Assembly (NCBI GenBank): GCA_964404855.1
Contig: CAYOLO010000001.1
Location: 595,396-659,395, forward strand
DNA: 64,000 nt
Direction of reading: 5' to 3'
DNA from: an uncultured Gammaproteobacteria bacterium
GTDB taxonomy: Bacteria > Patescibacteriota > Microgenomatia > CAYQLK01
In this document: piece by piece, positions 47,341 to 55,380 of the stretch
How the letters are laid out: the number at the start of each line of letters is the position of its first letter
How positions within the stretch are numbered: the first letter of the stretch is position 1
The notes under the pieces: generated by a model
What the model was told of the DNA's origin: nothing
The model's database searches: none
The model's input: only the letters and a program-made list of their open reading frames with translations
Program-made: the position numbers and the translations under genes

Positions 47341-47667
47341 TTATTCACCTCCAGTAAGATGTTGGATGTTCGGAAGCGCTTCCGCGAGTGAATTCCAGCC
47401 TCTTGGACGCAGAACTTCGATGCTGCGGAGTTCGGCGACTTCGAGCATGAACCCGATATGGTGGATGACTTCGTCTCTGGCTGCACCATTGAAGATGTGC
47501 AGATAAAGTGAAGCCGCGAAGGCTTCTCTGTTGGTGAGGGCTTCGGCTTCGTCGGCGCTGTAGATGAAATTCACAGCTGTTTCGGCAAGTTTCTGCCCAT
47601 AGCGTTTAGCTAGAACATCGAGAGCTTGTTGGGCTTGTGGGGACAGGACTGCTACTTGAGCACTCAT
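47341..47667 (-). CDS. hypothetical protein (GC-rich island)
   Basis: 108 aa with no known domain. Confidence 0.4.
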   Translation of the reverse strand: MSAQVAVLSPQAQQALDVLAKRYGQKLAETAVNFIYSADEAEALTNREAFAASLYLHIFNGAARDEVIHHIGFMLEVAELRSIEVLRPRGWNSLAEALPNIQHLTGGE

Positions 47668-47730
47668 CTTTACTTAGATAAACCGCCTTTTTTAATGAGC
47701 TAACAGATAGTCTACTCTAATAGGATTTTT

Positions 47731-47767
47731 TTGCAAGAAAAAGGCGGCCATATGGTTAATGGCCGCC
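47731..47767 (-). terminator. rho-independent terminator for the gene at 47814..48845
   Basis: ggcggccat-atggtta-atggccgcc perfect 9-bp stem, with a T-run on the minus strand. Confidence 0.8.
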
Positions 47768-47813
47768 AAAGAGGACTAGTTGACGGAATGTTCTTTAGCT
47801 CGCGAAAACAGGC

Positions 47814-48845
47814 TTAGAACCTGCGGCTCGAACCTTTAGATTTGCCGCCTGGGCCGGATCGGAAACCTCTAGTGTCCGTAAACGACTTCATTTTGCCGTT
47901 ACGTCCGGTCGTAAAGGTACCGATGCCCGGAACGTGCTGTGATGTGCCGGTAAGGTTGCCTCGGTTGTCGTGGTGGAAGGTCAGGCCGAGGCCTGGCACC
48001 TGCTGGGAAGAACCTCGGGTATTACCCCGACGGTCTTGGTTGAAGCTCAGGCCTGGTAGGCCCGAACGGGTCGAGGAACCGGTATGGTTGCCGCGGCTGT
48101 CGCTGCGGAATGTCAGGCCGAGTCCGTCGTTGCGAGGGCCTTGATAGCCACCGCCACGAGGTGCTCGTGGTCTTGGATGCTCGCGGCAATAGAAATCCCT
48201 GCTCGCATCGGGTTCAAACGGCAGATTCATCACGGAGTGCTGACCACCGACGCAGTAGGCAGCGTACTTCGGTTGAGGATGTTCCTTGCAGTGGAACGGT
48301 CGGTCGCCATTTGGCTGGAATGGAACTTTGACTGTGTGTAACCCGCCGGTGCAGAATGCGTCGAACATCGGCTTGGGGTGATCGCGACAGTAGAAGTCAC
48401 GCTTGGGGTCTGGAGCTCGGTTGAGCCCCTGAACTGTGTGACTACCGCCGACGCAGTACCCAGAGAATTTTGGTTGCGGATGGTCGCGACAGAAGAAGTC
48501 GCGCTTGGGGTCGGGTTGGAATGGAATCTTGGTTTGATGGTCCCCGCCAACACAAAACGCATCGTACATGACACGAGGCGCTGATTTGTGGTCTCGGCAG
48601 TTGAACGGTCTGCTACTGTCCGGTTCGAATGGGAGTTCGACCGTGTGCCCGCCGTTTTTGCAGTGGGCGGTGTACATTTCACGCTGAGGGCGTGTTTGCT
48701 GACTGCCACCGCCTTTGCGGGCAGCACGGCAATTTGGGCACCGCGTGGGTTGTGAGAATCCTTTCTCAGCGAAGAATGTCTGTTCCCGTTCGGAGAAGTC
48801 GAACCTCTGCGAACAGTCTTTGCAGGTGAGGGTTTGGCTGGGCAC
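47814..48845 (-). CDS. zinc-ribbon + tandem Cys/His repeat + RGG/Gly-rich tail protein (putative nucleic-acid binding)
   Basis: N-terminal CKDC...CPNC ribbon. Five ~34-aa repeats F/YCxGGxH(T/S)V...PFxPDxxRDFxC(R/K)(D/E)HPxP. C-terminal GLGLTF(R/H)xDxRGNxTG repeats. Confidence 0.6.
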   Translation of the reverse strand: MPSQTLTCKDCSQRFDFSEREQTFFAEKGFSQPTRCPNCRAARKGGGSQQTRPQREMYTAHCKNGGHTVELPFEPDSSRPFNCRDHKSAPRVMYDAFCVGGDHQTKIPFQPDPKRDFFCRDHPQPKFSGYCVGGSHTVQGLNRAPDPKRDFYCRDHPKPMFDAFCTGGLHTVKVPFQPNGDRPFHCKEHPQPKYAAYCVGGQHSVMNLPFEPDASRDFYCREHPRPRAPRGGGYQGPRNDGLGLTFRSDSRGNHTGSSTRSGLPGLSFNQDRRGNTRGSSQQVPGLGLTFHHDNRGNLTGTSQHVPGIGTFTTGRNGKMKSFTDTRGFRSGPGGKSKGSSRRF

Positions 48846-48997
48846 GAAGAAGAATACCTTTCTCTAACCGTGATAAGCAGGAACTGGTTTGAATCGTACA
48901 ACTAGTTAATGTGCTTAGTCCTTTCTGTTGAGGGTTTGACACTCTCAAGTTGGAAATTGGAGTAATTATATCAAAAAATAACAACTATGGGATTGAA

Positions 48998-49035
48998 TAA
49001 GAAAAAGGAGAAGCCAAATTAATAGTCTTCTCCTT
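48998..49035 (-). terminator. rho-independent terminator for the gene at 49060..49518
   Basis: ggagaag...cttctcc stem followed on the minus strand by TTTTTCTTATT. Confidence 0.75.
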
Positions 49036-49059
49036 ATGTTTGTCTGGTCGAATGCCTTT

Positions 49060-49518
49060 TTAGGTGGCGGTAGTGATCCGCTTGGTGCGCATTTTCGCTT
49101 CTTCAGCGAAACTGCTCTTGTGGCTGTTGACGACAAGGGCGACATCAAAGTTCTTGATGGGGGTTTCGCACCGAGTGAAACGCCACGCGTCGTAAATCAT
49201 CGTGTAGATGGTCCTAATGTGAGGGCCGTCGGAGTCCTGACGAGCGATCAACTTGAGCTCGTCGACCGTAAGGTTAGCGACGACGCTTCGGCCACATTCG
49301 AGCCTGGCTTCGCCAGCCCTGCAGATTACGAGGCGGTCAGTTGGCCCGTTGGGGTTGAACCGAACGATTTCGAGCCTGCCGTGGGCGCGGTGAGCGATGT
49401 TCGCCAGCTTCTGGGTGAAATAAGCCAGCGAGTTTTCGTCGTTTTTGGGGATACGACGAATCTCGGCCGTAAGGCGCCTGACGGAACGCGGCTTCCTATG
49501 AGCTTGCCTGTGCGACAT
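49060..49518 (-). CDS. hypothetical basic protein (GC-rich island)
   Basis: 152 aa, Arg-rich N-terminus. GGAG Shine-Dalgarno 8 nt upstream of the ATG. Confidence 0.5.
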   Translation of the reverse strand: MSHRQAHRKPRSVRRLTAEIRRIPKNDENSLAYFTQKLANIAHRAHGRLEIVRFNPNGPTDRLVICRAGEARLECGRSVVANLTVDELKLIARQDSDGPHIRTIYTMIYDAWRFTRCETPIKNFDVALVVNSHKSSFAEEAKMRTKRITTAT

Positions 49519-49698
49519 TACTACTCCAGATTAAAAGTTCCTTGCCTCAATCGTTCCCACCCACAGGCTGTGGACAGGTCTTTTTGACACAAGAGCGGTA
49601 TTCTAGCTCAATTATTGTAAAAATACAACAATATAAACTAAAATAATTCAATCCTGTAGTAAACTGTATTTTAGTTAAATTGATATAATAATTGCATA

Positions 49699-50355
49699 AT
49701 GGAGAGAGAGCCAATTTTTATTGCCCACAAGGGTGATACAGTAAATTTTCCCGAAAACACCCTCGAAGCGTTTGAGAGTGCTTTTAGTAAAGGTGCAGAT
49801 GGAATTGAAATGGATGTTCACTTAAGTGATACAGGTAAGATAATTGTGGTCCACAATTATCTCTATGACAGGAGGCAAAACTACCCAACGCTCGACGAAG
49901 TACTGGCAAGATTCGCTTCTCGAGGAAGAATTGAGATTGAGGTGAAAGAATTAGAGGAAAATGCCCTTGCAATTATTGAGGGGATTGTAAATAAATACAG
50001 ACCTTTTGATGTCGAAGTAACCACAAGTGTCCAACCACTCATGCCAAAAATTAGTGAAGTTTTTAATACTGACAGGCGCGGACTTATTTTTCGTAACAAT
50101 TTAATTGAAGATTGGATGCCCGAAGAATTTCGTATTAAATGGATTTTGGCACACTTACATTTAACTGGGGCAAATGTTCTGCATCTTGACCTTGACCTCT
50201 ATACACCAGCAATTATTGCTGCTATGCGAAATAAAAAAATTGTGACACATACACACATAAAAGCGGATAACAATGAAGCCATCGACAAAGTTAGACTATT
50301 GAGAATTGATCAATTCACTTTTGATGATATCGAACTACTAAAACAAAAGAAGTAA
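49699..50355 (+). CDS. glycerophosphodiester phosphodiesterase
   Basis: IAHKGDTVNFPENTLEAFESAFSKGADGIEMDVHLSDTGKIIVVHN GDPD catalytic motifs. Confidence 0.85.
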   Translation: MEREPIFIAHKGDTVNFPENTLEAFESAFSKGADGIEMDVHLSDTGKIIVVHNYLYDRRQNYPTLDEVLARFASRGRIEIEVKELEENALAIIEGIVNKYRPFDVEVTTSVQPLMPKISEVFNTDRRGLIFRNNLIEDWMPEEFRIKWILAHLHLTGANVLHLDLDLYTPAIIAAMRNKKIVTHTHIKADNNEAIDKVRLLRIDQFTFDDIELLKQKK

Positions 50356-50371
50356 ATAAGCCCAAAAAACA

Positions 50372-50555
50372 TAAAAAAAGAGGAAGAGACGGTTGTCTCT
50401 TCCCCTGACTCACTGGCCCCTGTTTAGGGCTTGGAGTGGCTGGCCGAGCCAGCAGTTAGGCTCGGCTTCGCCGGCGCCGCCTGGACCTTATGAAAAGAAC
50501 CGCGTGATGCTATTCAAGCATAGGCCTCCAGAACGTTTTTTTTGGTTTTTAACCG
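50372..50555 (-). ncRNA. predicted small RNA (~185 nt), identity unknown (6S-like size)
   Basis: Minus-strand consensus promoter TTGACA (50590-50585) N17 TATAAT (50567-50562). GC-rich body in an AT-rich intergenic region. Intrinsic terminator ggaagagac-aacc-gtctcttcc followed by a U-run (50404-50372). Confidence 0.55.
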
Positions 50556-50626
50556 GGTATAATTATATTATATCTTATAGTAATTGTCAAATACTGCGAA
50601 TAAAAACCTATATAATAAGTACTACA

Positions 50627-51334
50627 ATGAAAATAAGAAATAATGGGTTTATTTATGTTTTTTCAGAGACTAGTGACGGCAACATGTCCTACACTTGGGG
50701 TGGCCAAAATGAAGTCGATATAAACAGAAGTAAATTTTTAAAAAAATATTCACTCGAGCCTACAAAATGCGTTAAGGCATCACTGGTACACGGAACAAGA
50801 ATAAAAATCGTTACTGAAATAAATTGTGACTGCGATAAAGAATATGTTTGTGACAGTTTGATAACTAACTCAAAAAAAGTTGTATTGTGTATGGTGACGG
50901 CCGATTGTTTCCCCTTGGTAATCTTTGACCCAAAAACCAAACTAATATCCCTAACCCACCTTGGACACCGAGGAGTATCGGCAAAACTAACCAAAAAAGT
51001 GATTAAAAAAATGCAAAAACTTGGTTCAGAGCCAACTAATCTAGTCGCGATAATTGGAGCAGGAATCAGAAAAGAGTCGTATGTTTTTGATGATGTCACT
51101 CAGAAAAACGATCCTGAGTGGGGAAATTTTTTGAGGAACACAAAGAATGGCAAAATCTCTGTAGATTTGGTTGGGTTTATAGTTAGACAGTTAACAGAAA
51201 GTGGAATCATGCAGAACAATATTCGTGACCTTGAGATTGATACAGCTCAAGGTAACAAATATTTTTCGCATTACAGAGCGCAGTTATTAAACGAAAAAGA
51301 AGGAAGGTTTTTGTCGGCGGTAAAAATTACTTAA
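50627..51334 (+). CDS. pgeF: peptidoglycan editing factor PgeF / YfiH (DUF152, laccase-domain) family
   Basis: TADCFPLVIFDP and LTHLGHRGVSAKL motifs. ORF trimmed to MKIRNNG because the listed upstream extension crosses the sRNA region. Confidence 0.75.
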   Translation: MKIRNNGFIYVFSETSDGNMSYTWGGQNEVDINRSKFLKKYSLEPTKCVKASLVHGTRIKIVTEINCDCDKEYVCDSLITNSKKVVLCMVTADCFPLVIFDPKTKLISLTHLGHRGVSAKLTKKVIKKMQKLGSEPTNLVAIIGAGIRKESYVFDDVTQKNDPEWGNFLRNTKNGKISVDLVGFIVRQLTESGIMQNNIRDLEIDTAQGNKYFSHYRAQLLNEKEGRFLSAVKIT

Positions 51335-52640
51335 CTTTTTTTAAGGTTTCTAGTATCTGTCTTGCTAATTGATGCGAATTACCTGAACCCATAACTAATA
51401 TTATTTCGTTATTTTCGAGCGATTGGGATAAGCTTTTTGTAATTGTTTCAAAATCAGGAATGTACTCACTATTTTTTATGACATCGGCGATGTTTTGACC
51501 TGAGAAATTTGGATCTTCTTTTTCGCGGCTGGTAAATATTTTGGAAATAATGACCTTGTTAGCTAGTACGAGTGAGTCTGCTAGCTGGTCGAGTGTGAAT
51601 TTTAGCCGGCTAACGGTGTGTGGTTCGATAACTACGGTTATTTTGGCTTCTGGATACCGAGAATTAATGGCTTCAATTGAGGCCTTAAAAGCACTTGGGT
51701 GGTTGGCGTAGTCATCAAAAACCATGACTCCCCTGCTTGTTCCAATCAGCTCCAGACGTCTGTTAAGACCAGTAAAATTTGATAGAGATTTGAGTGCGAT
51801 TTGCTCAGAAATACCAAGTACTCTAGCTAGTTCTAGCACACCCAATGCGTTGTCCTTGTTGTGCTGACCAAGAACAGTGAGAGCAATGTTTTTAGTATTT
51901 TTGCTTGGGTAGTAAGGAGCTAATTGGACTAATGAATTTTTGAAAGATTTAACTAGTCTTTGGTTACCGATATTTTCCGCGTTATAGATAAGCACACTAC
52001 CTGTCGGCATGTTCGAAACTAAGTTTTGATAAGATTCCAACATACGCTCAAATGTCAAAAAATATTCAGGATGGTCCATTTCGATATTATTCAGGATTAG
52101 ATAATCGGGATGATAAGAGGCAAAGTTGTCGTGGAATTCATCGGCCTCCGAAATGAAATATTTACCATCGCCTAATAGAATATTATTTTGCCAACCAATG
52201 TCGGTTGCGCCAATCTCGACCGTTGGATTAAGCTTCGCGTCTTGCAGTAAGTGACCAACCATCGCCGTCGTGGTGCTTTTTCCGTGTGTGCCCGCAATGC
52301 AAATCACTTTTTTATTTTTGTGGAGATATTGACCCAAAAAATCCTGCCATTTAACTAGAATATTTTTATTTTTAGCCTCTAATATTTCTGGGTGGTTTTC
52401 GTTTTGATAAAAAACCGCGGGTGTTACTGCCACCAAATCAGCGTCTTTAATGTGTGATATGTCGTGACCTGTGAATACTTTAATGTCTGATGATTTCACT
52501 TTTTGAATATAAGGGGTGTCACTGGCAACATCACAGCCTGTGACTTGATATCCGTAGTTTTTAGCAATTTGGGCAACAGCTGAAACACCAGAACCGCCAA
52601 TACCAACAAAATGAATATTTTTAATCGGTTTTTGAATCAT
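51327..52640 (-). CDS. murC: UDP-N-acetylmuramate--L-alanine ligase
   Basis: IHFVGIGGSGVSAVAQI N-terminus, Mur ligase central and C-terminal domains. Start trimmed to the MIQKPIKN ATG at 52640. Confidence 0.85.
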   Translation of the reverse strand: MIQKPIKNIHFVGIGGSGVSAVAQIAKNYGYQVTGCDVASDTPYIQKVKSSDIKVFTGHDISHIKDADLVAVTPAVFYQNENHPEILEAKNKNILVKWQDFLGQYLHKNKKVICIAGTHGKSTTTAMVGHLLQDAKLNPTVEIGATDIGWQNNILLGDGKYFISEADEFHDNFASYHPDYLILNNIEMDHPEYFLTFERMLESYQNLVSNMPTGSVLIYNAENIGNQRLVKSFKNSLVQLAPYYPSKNTKNIALTVLGQHNKDNALGVLELARVLGISEQIALKSLSNFTGLNRRLELIGTSRGVMVFDDYANHPSAFKASIEAINSRYPEAKITVVIEPHTVSRLKFTLDQLADSLVLANKVIISKIFTSREKEDPNFSGQNIADVIKNSEYIPDFETITKSLSQSLENNEIILVMGSGNSHQLARQILETLKKVK

Positions 52641-52654
52641 ATGTTGTATTTTAA

Positions 52655-52687
52655 TAAAAAAAGGCGCTCTGTGAATTTTAGAGCGCC
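52655..52687 (-). terminator. rho-independent terminator for the gene at 52723..53340
   Basis: ggcgctct-gtgaatttt-agagcgcc stem followed on the minus strand by TTTTTTT. Confidence 0.8.
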
Positions 52688-52722
52688 AAAGGGCGTAAGG
52701 ACAGAGGTTGGGAGAAAGAATT

Positions 52723-53340
52723 TTAGGCTTGAGAGCCAAGCGACTCGGCTACGAGTTTTGCAAACTCGTCGGCCATTGTATCGCGGTTGTGCCAACCGAC
52801 CTTGAACATCACGACCTCATCGCGATTAGCAAGCTGTTGACCAGCTTCCATAATCATTCTGGCCATGTCTAGGCGCTTGGCAAGCTCTTCAGCTTCCATT
52901 GCCTGTCTCGCGGTCATGTTGTGAGTCAGATACTCTGGCTCTGCTTCGAGCACGAACCAGCGCACAAGACTGACATCTTTGGCCTCTGGCCTTTCAGCAA
53001 GCTCCTGAGGAACTGCTGCCTGATAAACGGGATTAAGCTCGATGATGGCGCCAGTTGCGCCGCCAGCGGCTAAGGCTTGGATGTCCCCAATGCGGTAAGC
53101 ATAGTGGAATCCCTTGTTTTCGTGATGACCGACCAACTCACCACCGTTAAGATGGTTTTCGTAGTCAGCACCAGAGATACAGATTTTGGTTTCGATGCCT
53201 ACGCCCCTATCAGGACGGGTCGTAACCATCTGAGGATTGCTCAGCCCGAGCCGTTCGATGACGACTTGTGTGAGGTAATCCTTACCAGCTCCGGATGGTC
53301 CGGAGATCCCAATTACTGGAATTTGTTTTGTTTTATCCAT
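52723..53340 (-). CDS. gmk: guanylate kinase family protein (GC-elevated)
   Basis: P-loop GISGPSGAGKD, TTRPDR and downstream Gmk-like regions. Noticeably higher GC than the flanks. Confidence 0.65.
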   Translation of the reverse strand: MDKTKQIPVIGISGPSGAGKDYLTQVVIERLGLSNPQMVTTRPDRGVGIETKICISGADYENHLNGGELVGHHENKGFHYAYRIGDIQALAAGGATGAIIELNPVYQAAVPQELAERPEAKDVSLVRWFVLEAEPEYLTHNMTARQAMEAEELAKRLDMARMIMEAGQQLANRDEVVMFKVGWHNRDTMADEFAKLVAESLGSQA

Positions 53341-53380
53341 ATCAAGTGCGTAATTTTACACTAATTTTCCATTAAGTCAA

Positions 53381-53968
53381 TCAGTCAATAATAGTCCTAT
53401 AGTTATTTGCTAATTTATCCAGATTTGGTACTCCAAATTCTTTGGCAAAATTATCGAATTTTTGTGCGTTTTCTTCGCCGAACTTGAGCGCAATTTTCCT
53501 ATAAGATTCGAAACTATTAAATTTGGGATTTTTGGAGTGAAACTTATCTGCATACATGACTAATCTTTCCTCGACTGTCTCAGCCATATAATTATCGACT
53601 GGTAATGGTAGATTTGATTTGGTTATATAGTCTTTTGTAAGACCAAGACCTGTGTGGCACTTGGCTATCCGACATAAGTCTTCACTATAGCCTTTCTCTT
53701 TTAAAATATTATATCCTATAATTCCATGTTTAATATAATTTGGCTCGTCAAAAATTCCTTTCTCATCAATAAGTTTGTAGGCACCAATATCATGTAATAG
53801 AGCACCGCTTTTGACTAAATCGATGTTTAATTCTAAAGCCTTATCGGCGATTATTTGAGAACAAATTTGCCAAATGATTTGGCAGTGAGAAAAAATAATA
53901 TCGAATGCTGTTTGGCTGGGTGCGTAATACAGATGAAGTTTTTTGATTTCGGATTCGTTTGGATACAT
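53381..53968 (-). CDS. HD-domain phosphohydrolase (YqeK-like)
   Basis: LLHDIG and KCHTG His/Asp metal-binding motifs. Confidence 0.65.
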   Translation of the reverse strand: MYPNESEIKKLHLYYAPSQTAFDIIFSHCQIIWQICSQIIADKALELNIDLVKSGALLHDIGAYKLIDEKGIFDEPNYIKHGIIGYNILKEKGYSEDLCRIAKCHTGLGLTKDYITKSNLPLPVDNYMAETVEERLVMYADKFHSKNPKFNSFESYRKIALKFGEENAQKFDNFAKEFGVPNLDKLANNYRTIID

Positions 53969-53994
53969 TTTTTTATTTGTACCGCAACATATTA

Positions 53995-55368
53995 CTAAAA
54001 AATCTCAATTAATTTGAGAACACCGCTTCTTATTTCCGAATATTTAATCTTACTTGCCGTGGTATTAACTGTGGTAGTGAGAATTTCCTGCAGATTGCAA
54101 ATAACTGGGTCGTCAGTTGGCTCTTCTAATAATTTGACCACTTCTAGCCAGTGGTTACTTAAAATTTGAAGGATTTTTTCGGTTTCTGGTGTGAGCGTTT
54201 GAGATTCTTTGGCTGTGACTAGTACAGCTGCAGCCATACTCGCATAAGTACTACTATTGTCGGCTGTGGTTAACTCTGAACTATCAAGTACTATTACAGG
54301 AACACTTGTAGCTACCTCACCACTAGCGGCTGCGTGTCTGGCAAGTAGTTGAATATCAAAAGACATATCAGTGATTTTGTCTGGCATGGCTACAACCGTG
54401 GCAAGATTGGCGGTATTAAAAGCCTTAAATCCTGCTTGAGTGTCGGTTGGCAAATAGTGACCAAGTAATTCGTTGCGAATCGTTCCAAGAAGAATCTTGG
54501 TTCTTTTTTTACCTTCGGAATGTAAGAACTCAGCGTCTTCTGAAACTGACAATTCGTGCCTACGGTTGCCGGTAACTGCCGAAGCGCCGTGGACTATTGG
54601 GTGAATAAGCGTACCCAGTAAGCCTAGGTTATAGGAAAGATCAGCGTCGGTGTAAACAACGATATCGTCACCAGCCGTAATGGAGCTTGCCATTCCAGCA
54701 TAAACAGAACCACCTTTTTTGCTGTCTTTAGCCGATTTGAGCTCAACCACTGCTTCTTTTAGCAAGTCGATTTTTTGGTTCGGTGCATTTTTGATGAAGT
54801 CTTCAAGAAAAATAACCTCGTGGGTTTCGTGAAGTTGGCGGTGATCAATAATTGTTTGAATTGATTTACCTGTATCAGAATCACAACCATCATCAACCCA
54901 AATAAGACGGCATTTAATATTAGGATTGACCTTGTGCAACCACCTAAGCTGACGGTCTTTTTCAACAACAAAATTCTCACCGTGTGGATGAGGGTCCAGA
55001 GCAGATTCGGAATTATTTGTGCCCCAGATAAGACCGTTTATTTCGCGAGGTCTAAGTCTGTGGCTTTCACGGAAAACCGAAACAACAATTCCTACCTGTA
55101 GAGGATTACTAATAAGGCTAAAGGCTGCTTTGGAAATAGCTAATTTGACACCTGCGTGGATAAAAAGTGAGGTTTTGGGATTTTTGTGCAGTTCAAGCTC
55201 GAGTTTTTTGAGTCCGATTAAACTAAAGTCGTATTGAGCAAGCAGATTGTCGGCGTAGCGCCTGAGCTCTTTTTGGACATGCTGATCTTTGAAGTTGTGT
55301 TGACCAACAGGAGCCACAGATGAATCGTTAGCAATTGAAAAAGACAGATTATCTATTATCGTGGTCAT
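53995..55368 (-). CDS. glycosyltransferase family 2 (GT-A fold) with N-terminal extension
   Basis: VYTDADLSY (DxD) and QAGFKAF motifs; 457 aa. Confidence 0.65.
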   Translation of the reverse strand: MTTIIDNLSFSIANDSSVAPVGQHNFKDQHVQKELRRYADNLLAQYDFSLIGLKKLELELHKNPKTSLFIHAGVKLAISKAAFSLISNPLQVGIVVSVFRESHRLRPREINGLIWGTNNSESALDPHPHGENFVVEKDRQLRWLHKVNPNIKCRLIWVDDGCDSDTGKSIQTIIDHRQLHETHEVIFLEDFIKNAPNQKIDLLKEAVVELKSAKDSKKGGSVYAGMASSITAGDDIVVYTDADLSYNLGLLGTLIHPIVHGASAVTGNRRHELSVSEDAEFLHSEGKKRTKILLGTIRNELLGHYLPTDTQAGFKAFNTANLATVVAMPDKITDMSFDIQLLARHAAASGEVATSVPVIVLDSSELTTADNSSTYASMAAAVLVTAKESQTLTPETEKILQILSNHWLEVVKLLEEPTDDPVICNLQEILTTTVNTTASKIKYSEIRSGVLKLIEIF

Positions 55369-55380
55369 GGCAGTTACCGA

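Noticed and set aside
48230-48901. 223-aa ORF on the minus strand, out of frame with the Cys/His repeat protein
   Set aside because: It is a GC-rich-DNA artefact. The other frame has a coherent zinc-ribbon and repeat architecture and an upstream terminator and promoter context.
49036-49587. 183-aa plus-strand ORF antisense to the 152-aa gene
   Set aside because: The minus-strand ORF has a GGAG SD and a downstream terminator, and the plus-strand ORF runs through that terminator hairpin. It is probably a GC artefact.
50400-50545. Signal recognition particle (4.5S) RNA assignment for the sRNA candidate
   Set aside because: A CUGUUUA heptamer and GGUCC/GAAGC fragments resemble SRP RNA. The conserved GGAA tetraloop helix-8 motif is absent, and alignment to the E. 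coli 4.5S core was poor (6/14), so identity is left open.
50393-50626. Upstream extension of the pgeF ORF (MSLPLTHW...)
   Set aside because: It crosses the GC-rich sRNA body and its terminator. The conserved PgeF domain starts at MKIRNNG (50627).
50689-51099. 136-aa minus-strand ORF
   Set aside because: It lies entirely inside the well-supported pgeF gene on the opposite strand.
52641-52739. N-terminal extension of the murC ORF
   Set aside because: The extension precedes the conserved Mur ligase N-terminus and overlaps the terminator hairpin of the neighbouring gene. The start was trimmed to 52640.
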